A stretch of DNA of 63,106 nt, counting the filler, from Reticulomyxa filosa (Eukaryota; Protista; Foraminifera): assembly GCA_000512085.1 (NCBI GenBank). It is 15 parts of 15 records of this genome, joined end to end, with 100 filler letters (N's around TTAATTAATTAA, not from the genome) between each part and the next. Parts side by side here need not be neighbours in the genome. Positions count along the whole stretch, not along the records: positions 37,629 to 41,749 come from ASPP01010044.1; positions 41,850 to 48,544 come from ASPP01047135.1; positions 48,645 to 50,841 come from ASPP01005046.1; positions 50,942 to 57,922 come from ASPP01020235.1; 11 more parts are not named here. The stretch is one strand, 5' to 3'. Shown here piece by piece: positions 40,331 to 54,614 of this stretch; positions within the stretch are counted from its first letter, which is position 1; each line of letters starts with the position of its first letter. The position numbers were made by a program, and so were the translations under genes. The notes under the pieces were generated by a model that ran no database searches, was not told where the DNA came from, and was given only the letters and a program-made list of their open reading frames with translations.

Positions 40331-43300
40331 AAAATCCGCTATGTGTGGTTCATTTTGTCAGATGCTTATGACAATATGTGTTCAACGCGTAGATATTTGT
40401 AAAAAAAAAATTAGCATTATATTTTGAGTAGTTTTTGAGAAAACTCAATTTCTTGTTATCAAAATATTTTTTTTTGCAGAATTTAACGTTATTTCAAAGT
40501 TAACTCAAGTATAAACAAATGACAAATTATATCAAAAACAAACAATTCAGCGAAAGCCAAGTTATAGTCAACTACTATTTATTCAATAAAAAGATTAAGA
40601 ATAAATGTTCAAAAGAAAGACTGTAGACTTGTTTCGCAAACTCACAGACTAGTCGCGATCATATTGACGTTGATTTTTTTCTTATAACAACTTGTATAAA
40701 GAGGAAAAAACTTTTCAGATAATATATTTGAACATATACTATTTAGAAAAATATTTATATTTATAGTGTATAATTGTAGAATACTGAAATTATTTTTCTA
40801 CATAATTTGTATGATTGTATAAAAGTGGAATTAATGATTCATAAAACTTAAGAAAAATGTTATTAATATCAAGCTAGAAATGTAAATATTCAACTATTTA
40901 CATAAAGAAAATGCAAAGTGCATTAATTGTATAGAATACTTTTATCATGATACTACTACATATTCAATTTCACAAATTCAACAATTTGTAAATGATTGAA
41001 ATATTGAAATATAATTTACAAAAATTTAAACATAATACAAGTAATGCAAGTTTTTCATTTTTGCTTAGACTACTTATAATCAATTTAACTTTTTTCTAAT
41101 TATGATAATTAGAATTTAATTGGTTCAAAAATTATATTATTGAATGTTCAAATTTTGTTTTCTGCAAATAATAAAGAAAAAATTTAATTATATTACATAA
41201 AATAAAAATGATTTTAAGGATTCAACAAATAATAAATACCTGGATCCTGAATTTTATTTTATCACAATGACTATAATACATAAAGTGTTATTCTACAATC
41301 GATATAATTATAATTCATTGATATGAAAAAAAAACTCAAGCATAGTTTATAATAAAATTTTACATATTTGAAATTATGTAGCAAACATTATACTATATTA
41401 TTTTATCAATGATAGTATATATTTAGAATAAATTGAAAAAGAAATTGCTCTTATATCATTTTTTTGCAAATCTTTATTTCAAGTTGCCACATTTTTTAGA
41501 GAAAATTAAGTCTTTCGCTTTTGATATCTTATAATAGTATTTTGTATTTGAAATAGTAATGTATCGACTGAGTATTAAATCAATTCTTCTTGCATTAACT
41601 TTGTAATATTAGCAAAGATGAACGTTAAAAAAATAAATTATATAAATTAACTAAAAAGCAAAAAATTCAAAAATTAGATTTTTAATGTTGGATATAAATT
41701 ATTCTTTTTTATTTTTGTAATATTGATCAATTGAACTTCTAATAAAAGTNNNNNNNNNNNNNNNNNNNNNNNNNNNNNNNNNNNNNNNNNNNNTTAATTA
41801 ATTAANNNNNNNNNNNNNNNNNNNNNNNNNNNNNNNNNNNNNNNNNNNNCCCCGTTTTTGAAGATTTGATACCCGTGCACCAAAAGCATCTTAAGAAAAA
41901 GCACCACATTGAGCACCAAGAGCCCACAATACGAGAGATAGGGCACTGACGCTGACAGGTTGTCAGGCCACGTTAGCTGGATAAACAGCAATGTAAGCAT
42001 GCAAGGGAGTAAAATGTTAGTACGTTATGCAAATCTCTCAGCTTCTTTAATGTATAAGAGAAAAGAAGATTATCATGCAGCAAACATGAAGGGGAGAAAA
42101 AAAGTTCGTTAAAGCAGCAAAAGTGTACGTGGAAACATAAATTGTAATATTTGAAGTTAAGCAATTTCAAAAAATAAATAAATAGTTTAGTAATTTTGGA
42201 ACAAAAATTGGAAAATTATTTTTTTTGGACTTGATAATGGCGGAGCGGGTCGTGATAACAAGAAAAAATTTTTTGATGTTGTAATTGATGGTCTTTTAAA
42301 GTACAGAGAGCTATTGAAGAGTTAATAACAAAAAAAATGACGAAAAAGACCGTGTCATTGTGGTGGGCGTTATGGTGTAGCACTTTGGCTGTGTGGATGA
42401 CACTTAGTGGCCAGAGACATGAACGCATATCCATCGGACGACCCTTGCATTGGGCGCAATCAAGTGCAAAACTATTCGACAAAAGATTGGGTGTATATGA
42501 AGATGCCAACAAACCGACACAACATGGACACTCACAACAAGGGGTTGTTATTAGAGGATGAACTGAAAAAATTACGAGCATGGTCACACTCACATATCGC
42601 GCTGTATTCTACAGCAGGATTGAAGAAGTCACTCAGAGCATTTGTGACATTTAGGACGACACATCAAATAATACTTGGTCACAATTTCATTCCATAAAGA
42701 CACACGCCTGGCCATCCAATTAGTTTCTGATATACTTTGGTGGCACTAAGACCACATCACAGCTGGTTACTATTTTGATCCTTGCTTACCCCCTTTTTTT
42801 TTTTTTTTGAATTAGTTGTGATCTTGTATGTATTTACTAAATGATTTTTTTATAGCGCACTTTACACATTTTATAAACGTTGGTTGAAATATGCTGACTT
42901 ATTGTGAGTCCTATTCTTTTTTTCCCAATGTTTTAAAATTAATTTGATCATATAAAAGAAGAACTATCTTTTTACTTTTATTATTTTTAAAAAAGAAAAG
43001 GATGCTGTCTTTTTTTTTTAAATAATATTACTCGTCGCAAAAGTTTGTGGAGATAGAAAAATAAATGTACAAACAAACTCTCCAAGGAAGAAACACTTGG
43101 AGATAAAAGATGTTTTCAACCGCATCAACAGAGAAGAATTAAAATCTGGACCTTATTTGGATTACTTTTTCAATATAAAAATGCAACCACATTTGGAAAA
43201 AAACAATTATTAGATTACATACAACACACGTGAATTACAATGAAAATAAAAAATCACCAATTACATTAAAAGAAACAGGACAAAACATAAAACAAATCAA

Positions 43301-43799
43301 GGTGTTGATTTGTCATATTAACAAAGAGATTGAGCATATAATACTGTCAATATATATATATATGTATATGTACATATATATTGTGTCAATGTTATTTTCA
43401 CTTTTGTCTTGTATGCACTCCGATGTCGTGATAAGTCTTGCTTTGCTTCCACTGGTGCATTCATAACATGCTTTGCGATAAAGATTGACCTTGATGATAA
43501 CGATGATATCATCAATCGAATGTATCTTTGGCAGTTGCCAATGCAATCAACGAAGAGAAATATAGTTAATACAACTGTCATAACAAAATTACAACATGAC
43601 ATCGACGTCACCTCAAGTGCCCAATTACGACAATAGCAACTAAACAGAGCCCATAGAAATGATAATGGAAACGACAATTGAGGAAGTCAGTATTTATGGA
43701 CTTATTTTTATTTACATTAAATACAATGGCTTAGTCATTGTTCAATGTGCTGAGTCGTTGCTTTGCTCAGGTAGATAACCGACATTGTTTCAATGCAAA

Positions 43800-46700
43800 A
43801 TCTCCTTCTTCTTCTCTATTTGCGGTTCCATAACATGCACTACCAGTTGACTTAGCATATCCTAGTTGTTGTAAACACAAAAACAACTTAATTCAAACTG
43901 CTTTGAAAGAAAGACAAAAATAATCAATGCTCTTTTAACTTCAATCTTTCAAATGTATAATAATAAAATGAAATCATTAAATTCAATAATTTCCTTCCAA
44001 TCTTCCTTGACTCAATATCCAATGTTCGTTTGCAATCCAATTGCAATATACCAATGCATTGATATCCTCCACCAAATCAACACAAAGATCATACCAATTC
44101 TATATCGGAAATGTCTTCATGCATCTTTGGTGGAGCCACATATACATAATCACAAATACATATGAATGACAACGACTGGTATTTTATTAATTATGCATAT
44201 GATGAGTTGATTACATATTAAGCTGGATATTGTTGTGTGATCATAAGTACATAATGTCCATTGTCACTGTGGTTCGTTTCAATTAATATCATCCACTATA
44301 ACTCATAGTTTTGGTGACATATGTCAGCATATTTTAGGGATTGATTGCGTCAATTGCCTTTGTTTACGTTGTCTATTTATTTCTATCGATAAGTTCATCT
44401 TGCACGATTCATGAACATTTATTATATCTCTTGACAGAGTTCATATGATTGATCGATATTTTTTTCACTTTCTTAATTTACTTTTCTTTTTCTTTGTCAG
44501 TCTTTTTCTTTCACTCGAAACCTAAAAGGTCCATGTTCATAATGTTATAATCAAGATATATCACAACAACCAAAAATATGACAAAAGTAATGTAGACCTT
44601 CTATAATTGATTCTATTTACTCGAATATCCCCCTCTATTTAGTACTATTTGCATTTGCATTTATCACAACTCTAATACAGCCGTCCTTCATGGATTGTGT
44701 CTATTGGGTGTATATATTTATGAACGTACCACAAAGCAATCCATTTTTGAATTGTGATTACAACATACCAAGAAAAATCATGATCACAATTGCGTTACAT
44801 TTTGTTAATGAATTAGGTCCACATTATCTTTGTTATCCTTGATTGTGATTCATGATAGGGCTACATTTTAATATCGGTAATGTAATTGTTGATTGTCAAT
44901 TGATGGATTTGTGGAGCCAATCCAAATTATTTGTTTTCTAGACATTACTAAATACAATTACACTCAATCCTTTTCCAGAAAACTGATACATTACTTGACG
45001 ATATAACAAATTAGACACAACGTTGGTAATTATATTGCCATATCCGATATTTCACTATTCGTTGCAATATTATTTAGATAGAATGCAATTTGAGTAGAAC
45101 CACGTACTGGAGGAGCTCAGATAGCTCATAAATAGTGCCAATACCATCCGCTTTTAACGATAAGATATTGAATACCAACATATTATGTGCTGACTTTGCT
45201 TTGGACATATTATTCATCATTTCTAACACTTTCACTTGGACAATGATTTTTTTTTGTTTCAAATCTATGTACACATATATACAGGAATAACACACCAATT
45301 AAAGATTATCAAAGAAAGAGAAAGAGATAACTACTTTTTCCAAATTGAATTCAATCAATTGATCTTTTCTACGTTGATGGCAATATTTATGAACTTAGGA
45401 TTTGACAAGTGGATCAGTATTACATCAACGCTGAATGATGGATTGCTTTCGTATTCACAATTAGGACTGTTCATACATTGATTGGACGAATGATCCTTGA
45501 GAACGCGGAAATTACTACAATGACATGACGTAGCATGAGAGTTTGTGCATTGCAAAAAGAATTGACTTTATTTTTTTTGGCTCGAATGAATGCCACATTG
45601 GAAAATATCCACCAATTTATATTGATCGATTGGACATTGTACTCCCGATATTGTAGACCAATCCAACATCTTCACGTGCCTTTCGCATTGACAATATTCG
45701 CTGTTTTTATCATGGGATGGTTTTTATATTATTACTTTTTGGCATATCGCTTGCACGTCAAATTTTTGTTTTATCTTTTGTGACGCATCCATTCGAATCA
45801 AGACAGCAGTGTTTGCGATGCATTTTTTTTACATACACTTCTTTTTCTTCTTCATTTGCGATTCATATACCAACAGTGGACTTGTTGTTGTAAAAATAAA
45901 AACAACAAACAATAATTAATGAAAATTGTTTAGAAAGAAAGACAAAAGTAATCAATGCTTTTTTAATCGCAATATTCTCCAAATGCATTCCATCATACAA
46001 TGATATAATCCATTCAATCATTTCCTTCCAATCTTTCTTAATGATAACAGCCACAGCTACTTTGCAATCAAATTGCAATATATCACAACTTTATTATTTT
46101 CCACCAAATCAACACGAAAGTCGTACCAATTGTATCTTGGAAATATCCACGTATCTTCGGTGTGTCGACATCGAGAGCCAAATATAATATAATCGCAAAT
46201 ATATGTGAAAATCAGCGACGGATACTTGATCGATTATGCATATTGATGGCTTGATTGAAAGTTGTGCATGTGCAAATCTGGATACTGTTGTGGATGATAC
46301 TTATGGAAACGAAGCGCAAATAACAGCGAATTGTTACATGCTTACGATCACATAACAACATCATAGTCTTGGTAAAACATACGCCAACACCTTTTAGGGA
46401 TTGATTGTATCGATTTTCTTTATTATACTGCCTAGCTTGCTTCACTCGATAATTCGTACTTATTGCACGATTCATTAGCACTTGCCATGTTTCCAATACT
46501 GTTGATCGGTATTTTTTCTTCTTTGTTTTTCTTTTCCCATTCTTTAATATACTCTTTTTCTTTATTTCACTCCAAACCCATTACACAATGAAAAGGTCCA
46601 TATTCACATCGTTTTGATTGTAACATATTACAACAGCTAAAGACATGACAAAAATAAAAAATATATATCTTGAAATATAGCACACCGTCTCTTCCATCAT

Positions 46701-48090
46701 CGGTAGTGGATTGTAAATTGATTTTCAGATACCAATGGATAAGTTTATTGAGCTGACACCATGATTCCGATTCATTTGTCCGTGGTCGTGTTAAGTTGAG
46801 GTCCTGTTCAATATTTGACTCATACACAGTGACAATACCATCCGCACCCGACTCAGCTAAAACATTGTCAGCAATGGAATACGTATAACATGCTAACTTT
46901 ACTTTGAGTAAAGTTATTAATAAGCACGAACGCTTTCACCTGAGCAATGTTCTTTGTGGTATCAAATATATATGTATATGCATACGTGAATAACACACCA
47001 ATTTCATTAGCCAAAAATTCGTGTGTATCGAACAACTTGCACTTACAAGCCATTTTTGGAGGTATTTTCAAATTAACTACCAATTGGATCACGATTGTCC
47101 AAAGAGTTTAACTTTATCTATTCTCGAACCTTAGGTGGATCGTGAAATTTTGAATGTGATTCATGATAAGGCTACATTTTAAGATCGGTAACTTACTTGC
47201 GGATTGTCAATTGATGGATTTGCTTAGCCTATCCCAAATTATTTGTTTTCTGGGCATTACCAAATACAATTACATTCAATCCTTTTCTCATTACTTGACA
47301 ACATAACAAATTGGACGCAACATTGATAATTACATTGCAACGTCCGATATTTGACTGCTAGTGTCAATACAGTCTGCTTTTAAATCTATCTACATAAACA
47401 TATATACATTGATAACACACCAATTGAAGATTATCAAAGAAAGAGAAAGATAACTACTTTTGATGGCAATATTTGTAAACTTTGGATTTGGTCAAGTGGA
47501 CCAGTATTGCGTCAACGCTGAATGATGGATTGATTTTGTATTCACAATTGCAGGATTGCTCATACATTGACGAGACGAATGATCTTGATAGCACATAAAT
47601 CACTACAACGATATAACGTGACATTGATAGTCTGTGCAATACGAAAATAATGAATTTCATTTTCTTGACTGAAATGAATGTCGCCTTGGAAAATATCCAC
47701 CAATTTGTATTGATCGATTGGACATTGTACTCCCGATATTGTAGATTAATCCAACATTTTCACGTGCCTTTCGCATTGGCAATGTTCGCCGTTTATCATG
47801 GGATTGTCTTTAATTATTACTTTTGTCATATCGCTTGCATGTCACATTTTTATTGTATCGTTTGTGACTTCTCCATTCGTTTATATACATCCATTCTTCT
47901 TCATTTGCGATTCTATCACCTATACCGACAGTGGACTTAGTGTATTCCAATTGTTGTAAACACAAAAACAACAAATAATAATTAATGAAAATTGTTTGGA
48001 AAGAAAGACAAAGTAAGTAATGTTTTTAACTTCAATATTCTTTCAAAGGTATTCCATCCGTACCAATTGTATCTTGTGAACGTCTCCATG
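43800..48090. repeat. Decayed tandem duplication, unit ~2.05 kb (two full copies plus start of a third)
   Basis: Collinear shared blocks: ~43868/45887/47953, CCACCAAATCAACAC ~44069/46101, TTTTAGGGATTGATTG ~44332/46392, ~44844/47155, ~45287/47412, ~45598/47686. Confidence 0.85.
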
Positions 48091-48644
48091 TGTCGTTATT
48101 AATCTACTCTTCTTCTGCTGCTTTTTCATCTTTCTCTTTGCTTTATTCCATACCTGAAGTAAATTACTATATAATGAAGAGGTTTACATTGTTTAATTAA
48201 TATATATTTATTACAACAACTGAAAATATAATAAGAACCAAATATACACCTGGAAATAGATTACCATGATTGATACTTCGAGTTTGCATTGATCTGCCAC
48301 ATGTTTGAGAATAGCCAAAGCTGGACCCTTTTGATCGCACCAAATAAAAGAGATTACATATCATTATCAATGCTTGTCCACTTCTTACCAATACTCCACT
48401 TCAAAGATTGATTTTCCACATCCAATATTTTATGTTCTTCTTCATTGTCTCGCGGCGCGTAGGATAGCAGTTCGATTTCTATAATGTGACACGTACTATT
48501 CAATTTTTTAAACAAACACATATAAAGAAAAAGAAAAATAACTTNNNNNNNNNNNNNNNNNNNNNNNNNNNNNNNNNNNNNNNNNNNNTTAATTAATTAA
48601 NNNNNNNNNNNNNNNNNNNNNNNNNNNNNNNNNNNNNNNNNNNN

Positions 48645-49598
48645 TTATCAGCCCTACTTTGATATCGACACCACCACCGAAATTATGAGATTACGCAAGG
48701 CTTTGTTGCCATTGACAAACGAGCGCTTTTTCGCGGAAGACGAAAAACCGGATCTGTTTCGCTTGCTTTTTATTATTTATTTATTTATTTATTGTTGTTG
48801 TTGTTATTGGTGTTGCTTTGGTAAATTTTTTTAAAAAAAAAAAAAAAAAGAGGGGGAGAAAAATTAGAGGCTCACGCATTGGTATGGGTTGTATATGGCT
48901 TATGTAGGTATGGACCCTTTTGGATTGTCGCTACTCTTGGCTTCTTGATGGCTGCAATGAGCAACTTGTCACGTTATCTGTATGACAAACAAACGGATCC
49001 CACTCAATGGAACTCGGACATTCGAAAAGTTTTGCGCTTGAATTTTTTTTACTTGTTCACAGTGGGTCCCCCCTTTCGTTTTTTAAAGGAAAAAAAAAAA
49101 CTTGGCGAAATGTAATAATACCATTTAAATAAATAGATCAGTGAAGCTTTCTCGTTTTTATACAGTGGACTGGTGATCATTCCTGGTGTCGTTTTCTTCA
49201 TATTGCGCTCGTGGAATGAAAACCCTTCGTTGATTGTTCTTATTTCGTTGTATGGCTACTCGCTAGTTTCTTTTGTTCCTACTTGTGTTAAGTCGAACTT
49301 TATTTATGTAAAATTATATGTGCCACTTTGTTATTATCTCGGTATTGCCTCGATTTAACTCTGGTGGGTTATACATATTTCCATTGTGTAGGTACTTGGG
49401 ATCTTGCCTTTTGAATTGGGACGATGGATCGGAATTCTGTCTTCATGTGCCCTGAGTTTGTTGTTTTTGACAAGGAACATATACTTCCCTTTATCTGAAG
49501 AGAAAAGACAAAAACCGGGATATTATGTGTTAGGATGGCTTGTCTTGTGTCAATTGATATTAAGTGGACTATTGAAGTTTTATTTTTTCAAGTATTAA
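48645..49598 (+). CDS. YIPF1: Yip1-domain Golgi membrane protein YIPF1/2, 5' partial (introns 48756-48907, 49029-49136, 49287-49391)
   Basis: YQPYFDIDT, PDL|YGPFWIVATL, LYGYSL, LKFYFF. Confidence 0.92.
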
Positions 49599-50055
49599 TG
49601 ACCTGGTTTTTTTGTTTTGTTTTGTTAGTTTTTTCCAAATCAAAAATGTTTGGGATGAGTTCAAGCAACAAATTTGTTTGTGTTGTTCGAGTGGTGGAAA
49701 TTGGGTGTTGTGAATGAGAAAAAAAAAATTACATTTTTTACTTCATTTCAATTTTATTGAGGTTTTAAAAAAAAAAACACATACACAAATAAATGGACAA
49801 AAAAAATTGTTGGTTATTGTGTTTTAATTATTATTACTTGTTTGTCAAAAGATATTTGAATTAAAACGATCCAGTACCAGATCAGTATCAATTTATGTAC
49901 TATGGAGGCGTTTCAATGACAATTTTTAAAAATACATAATTCAAACCATTTTCTATTAATAATGCAATATGACAAATGGTTATTTTTTTTATTTGCATTT
50001 TGTTTGAAGAAATAAATCTGATAGATAACAAAGAAGAGAAAACAACAAAATGATA

Positions 50056-50757
50056 TTATTGCTGAGAAAGGAGACGAAGGGCTTCTTGAACACTTTCTTT
50101 TTTTGCGTGAGAGTGTGCCCAGTCCCCAAATATCAAAGCTTTGTTATTGTGATGGTCCCAATAAGCACATCTCAAATCATTATTTTGAAAAATGGTGGAG
50201 GAGGGATCTGTAACGACATGGGCTACTTTTTGAAAGAATTCATTGTTATTGCATTCCCAGTTAATACAATCTTTGAGAATGGACAACATTCTCCTTTCAA
50301 ACTCTTGAACATTTTTCTTAATGCCAATTGCGTACAAAAATGTGTCTTGCAATACAACTGACACTCCACATCTGTCCGCCAAAGGTTTCCAAAATGTGTT
50401 CATGCTGTTGTTGTGATCCGATTGAATGCCAAAAAACATTGATGTATGAGACGCGCCAACGTCATATTTCTTGCTGCTTTCAATGATTGTCTGCAAGTAC
50501 TTGCGTATGCTTTCCAAGTCAAGTCGATTCTTATTGTCGTTGATATTGGTAAACAGCAAGTAGTCACTAGCAAAGTCATTGCCCATTTTGGCTTTTTGTT
50601 TGTAGGATAAAGACGAGTGTTGCACGTTTACCAATTCCATATTCGCTCCAAAGAGCTTTTTCAACATTTTATGGTTCAAGTCACATGCCTCTCGATTATA
50701 TTCCAACAATCGTAAAATTTCGTTTTGTGCCAAAGAAAATGAAATGGCTTTCCGACC
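50056..50757 (-). CDS. Terminal exon of an unknown protein
   Basis: ORF of more than 225 aa with a TAG acceptor at ~50758, convergent with YIPF. Confidence 0.6.
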   Translation of the reverse strand, partial: GRKAISFSLAQNEILRLLEYNREACDLNHKMLKKLFGANMELVNVQHSSLSYKQKAKMGNDFASDYLLFTNINDNKNRLDLESIRKYLQTIIESSKKYDVGASHTSMFFGIQSDHNNSMNTFWKPLADRCGVSVVLQDTFLYAIGIKKNVQEFERRMLSILKDCINWECNNNEFFQKVAHVVTDPSSTIFQNNDLRCAYWDHHNNKALIFGDWAHSHAKKESVQEALRLLSQQ

Positions 50758-50986
50758 CTAATATTGTGTTATTACTTTTGTTTTATCATATTCATTGCAA
50801 TGCAATGCAGATTCACACGTATATATATATATAATATATATNNNNNNNNNNNNNNNNNNNNNNNNNNNNNNNNNNNNNNNNNNNNTTAATTAATTAANNN
50901 NNNNNNNNNNNNNNNNNNNNNNNNNNNNNNNNNNNNNNNNNAAAAAAAAAAAAATAAACAAAAAAAAAAAAAAAAAAAAAAAAAAG

Positions 50987-52517
50987 GATTAATGTCGGTA
51001 ATTGGTGAACTGTACAATCGAAGATTACTGAATGAGAGAATAATCTTTGCAGGTTTGATGAATGATCTGCTAAACAACAGAAACTATCGGCCCATTACTT
51101 TGGATATTGAGGCCCTGTGCACATTGTTTGAACAATGCAGTACCAACTTGCGAAAAAAAGAAGAGGCACGAAAAACGGCGGAAATGTTTTTGAAACGCAT
51201 GCACGACATTGCCAAGCACATGGAGCCGAGAATCAGATTCCGCGTGGAGGAAATCTGCGCCATCAAAGATAACAATTGGCGAAACCCACATCAGGCCGAT
51301 AAGGCCAAGAAGTTGAAGGAAATTCATCAAGACTTTTTCCAGCAACAACAAGAGCAAAGTGCCCGATTGGCCCAACAACAATACATCTCACACTCCAAAG
51401 GAGGGCAAGGCCATTGGCATAAAAAAAATGTTGACACGAGGCGCGCAATCCCAACAACCATGGCAAACGACCGGTCGCCTCAAATGCGGAGTTATGCTGA
51501 TTGCAAACTGAATTATTGTCAAAAAAAAAAAAAAAATGAAAGATTATGTATTTACTTATTTGTTTATTTGCTTGTTTGTTTATTAAAAAAAAGACTCCAA
51601 AACTTATCGTATCAGCAAAAACGAACACAATCGCGGAGCGTTTCCATCGGACTTGGAAACATTGCCGGAAAAATTGCACCGTGTCAATGCAAAGAACGAT
51701 GAGACGGCCTCGCAAAAACAAACAATGACACGATTGGCAAAGAGAGAAGATGCAGCGGAGTTAGAAGAAAAGAAGTCAAGAGAGCAAGGAGAGAGAAAGT
51801 TGGAGCCAGTTGGAAGTCGCGGCTTTGCATCCACAAAAGCCTTGGCCATAACGGAGGAAGATGTGATTCAAAGCTTTAATGAATGCTTAAAGATCTGTGA
51901 CAAAACAAGCAATTTGAATGAAGCAGTGCAGTTTGTGAAAGAAAATGTGGTTCATTTTTCGAGCCATGTGTGGGCCGATTCTGCGGCCAAAGTTTGCCAA
52001 AGTTGGAAGTTGGATCGTGTCCAATCTTTGTTTGCACCTTTGGTTGGACATGCTGTCTGTGAAGGATGGCTGACTTATGATGTGGCCATGGAAATGGCCA
52101 AGAAATTGGGAACTCGATTTGAATCCGAGCGTGCCGACGTCCCCATGTTGCAAGAAATCTATGCCAATGTATTTGCGGCGATGGTGGTCAATGCCAAGAG
52201 TGATGATTTTGTCCACGTGTTCAAACAGTTTGTCACCGCCGCGCAAGATTCGGACACCACTCCAAAACATTGGGCTCCGTTGTTGAAATTTGGGCTTGAA
52301 AACCTCTTTGCTGTGGATCAGGAAAAGCGCTTTTTGAAATCGTTCAAATCATTGGGATTTGCATCTTTGGTTCCTGCAAACCTCCTTCGAGTTATATTAC
52401 ATCTTTGTACAGTATTAACACATGTACATATTTATCACTTGATGTTTTGTTTTACTTTGTCGCGTGTGCGTTTAATGACTATAGGATTGGAAAGAAGAGT
52501 CAATTGGCTGTTTATAA
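50987..52517 (+). CDS. eIF4G-family protein: MIF4G end plus MA3-like domain, 5' partial
   Basis: VIGELYNRRLL, DIEALCTLF, PRIRFRVEE..NNW, then ADVPMLQEIYA; introns ~51491-51593 and ~52391-52484. Confidence 0.82.
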
Positions 52518-53538
52518 GCTTTTTCTACAAAATCTTTTTATTTCATCAAAGGAGCTGCAAAAAAATCAAAAGTAATAAAAAGTTGTTTTGCAGTTGCCAG
52601 TTATTTTGGAAAGTAACATTCAGCTGAGAGAGTGGTGATTGAGAAGAAACACTAAATATATTTAAAATGCCAATCGAGTATATTGTGGAATCAAATTATT
52701 TTCTTATTTTACCTTTGCTTACAGTTGGTTAACACACTTACGTGTGTAATATTTAAATACTTGTGTTTTTTCGCATTATGTTTCATCTACTTCTAACAGT
52801 TACAAAATTTTCTAAAAATACATTGAAGTAATTCGTAAGGCAATGCAGAAAAATGCTCTGTTCATTTGTTTTCGTTGGAGATCGAATTGTTCTATTTTTT
52901 TGGTGTTGAAAAACACCTGCATCTTACAGTTGTTGAACAGTAAGACGTTGTTTAATTTCGGGATTGCTTTTGGTGCACTTCTCCCGTTTTCATAACGTTG
53001 GAAGGGGTAATGTGAAGTTTCTTTCGCTCGCACAAATACCCCCCAAAAAAGCAAATAATTTCTTTGGATGAATTCTTTTTATAGTTTCATCAATCTCTGT
53101 TTGAAATTCTTTTAGCATAAACTCGGTTTTGATTGGCTAATTCTAAAAAATAAAAAATCTGCAGATTCCAATTTCGATAAGGAATTTTTTGAAAAATTTG
53201 CTAAATTGAGTAGTTTGTTTTAAAATAAGGTGACCTTATGGTCTATGTTTTATTGAGTAGCGACGAATATTCGATCATTTTACCGAAAGTGAAAAATAAA
53301 ATTTTGAGAAGAAGTTAGTAGCGTGAAAATGAGTAAAGAATTGTCTCAGTACTGAGAATGCATTTTTATGTTGTACCATAAGTAAAATGGAAAGGAAAAC
53401 CAAGTAGAATAAGACAAAGTATGCAGCAAAAGCAAAAAAAAGTATAAAAAACACTGTCAGCAAAAAAGTGTTGCTACGTTTGCAGCACCACTGCCAGCGT
53501 TAGCAGAGCCCAATTTTTACATCAAGTAGTGTTGCTAC

Positions 53539-54614
53539 TCACGAGTATATCAAAGGACAGCACTGAATGCTATGCCAAACTGTAGGATGGGAAATATGGA
53601 CCACACAACCAAAATCACTCCAATTTCGCTCATTTTTTTTGCGAAAAGAAACATAAAACCCACACACACAAAAAAAAAGGGAAGTAGATGTTAACCTTCG
53701 AATCCGCAATCAGCGCCAGAAGCACTGCCACAATGACCAGTGGCGATATAATTTAACTCATCGCAATACACCCATTCACCTTTTCAAAAGCAATTTTGTA
53801 TTTGCACGAACAAAACACAATAAGATAGCGAAGCATACGCAAGTACATCCCCCTTACTTTTCATTACATATGTATTGTAAGTATTGTAAATCGAAACGGA
53901 TATGCGTTTTTTTACACACCATATTTTCCATCGAGCCACTTGCACTTTGTCCAATCCACATTGAAATAACTTGCGTCCGCACACAAAATGGCATGATAGC
54001 CTTTGCAGTATTCTGTGCAATCCTGTCACAATTTAATCGTTTTTTTTTTGTTTTTTTTTTGATTGTTACAAAATCTTTGAAACATTTGATCTTTTGTCAA
54101 TTCCCTTTTTTTTTTTTCTTTTCTTCCTTTTTTCCTTCCCCCCTCGTGGTATGCAGTATGCTTATATTTTTATAACTTGGTCGCTGCCGCTACCACATAC
54201 ACCGACTAAAGCTGAGCCTCCATAGTCTTTGCAGGTTAACTTGTCACCGTACTTTCCACATATCCAAGAAGTGTCGTTAAATGTCTTTTGGCTTGAAGGA
54301 ATTAATTCAGGGTAATTGCATTGCACTGCTTCCCAGGTTTTGTCTGGACATATCGAGCTTGTGCAGTCATCATTTCGACCGCTTCCGCACTCCCCTGTCA
54401 CTATTCCTTCTGACCCACAGTTCAGAAATGTCCCATATTTGCCACATTGCACTGTTGCATTAAATGGTACACATTCGGACGTAGTTGGATCACATATTCC
54501 GTCACTTGGACACTGTGTCTTGTCGTCACAGCCACTTGCCCTCACAGGCTTACGTGACGAGTTTGCGACAATGAAAAATGAAACTACAAGAGTTAAGACA
54601 GTGTTTAGTAACAT
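53539..54614 (-). CDS. Secreted Cys-rich protein with three GKYG..G.CGS...DC repeats; exons 54614-54177, 54022-53920, 53779-53696, 53579-53539
   Basis: Signal peptide MLLNTVLTLVVSFFIVA; all introns GT-AG and frame-preserving; ends VWHSIQCCPLIYS*. Confidence 0.82.

Noticed and set aside
40400-41749. Very AT-rich tract as organellar insert or origin
   Set aside because: No recognisable gene, tRNA or repeat structure
41850-42800. Possible enzyme remnant (HTPGH-like motif near 42700)
   Set aside because: A single short motif with no consistent frame
46360-46420. NQSLKGVGVCF as a PIF1/Helitron helicase motif
   Set aside because: No other helicase motifs; the sister repeat supports a different frame (QSIPK)
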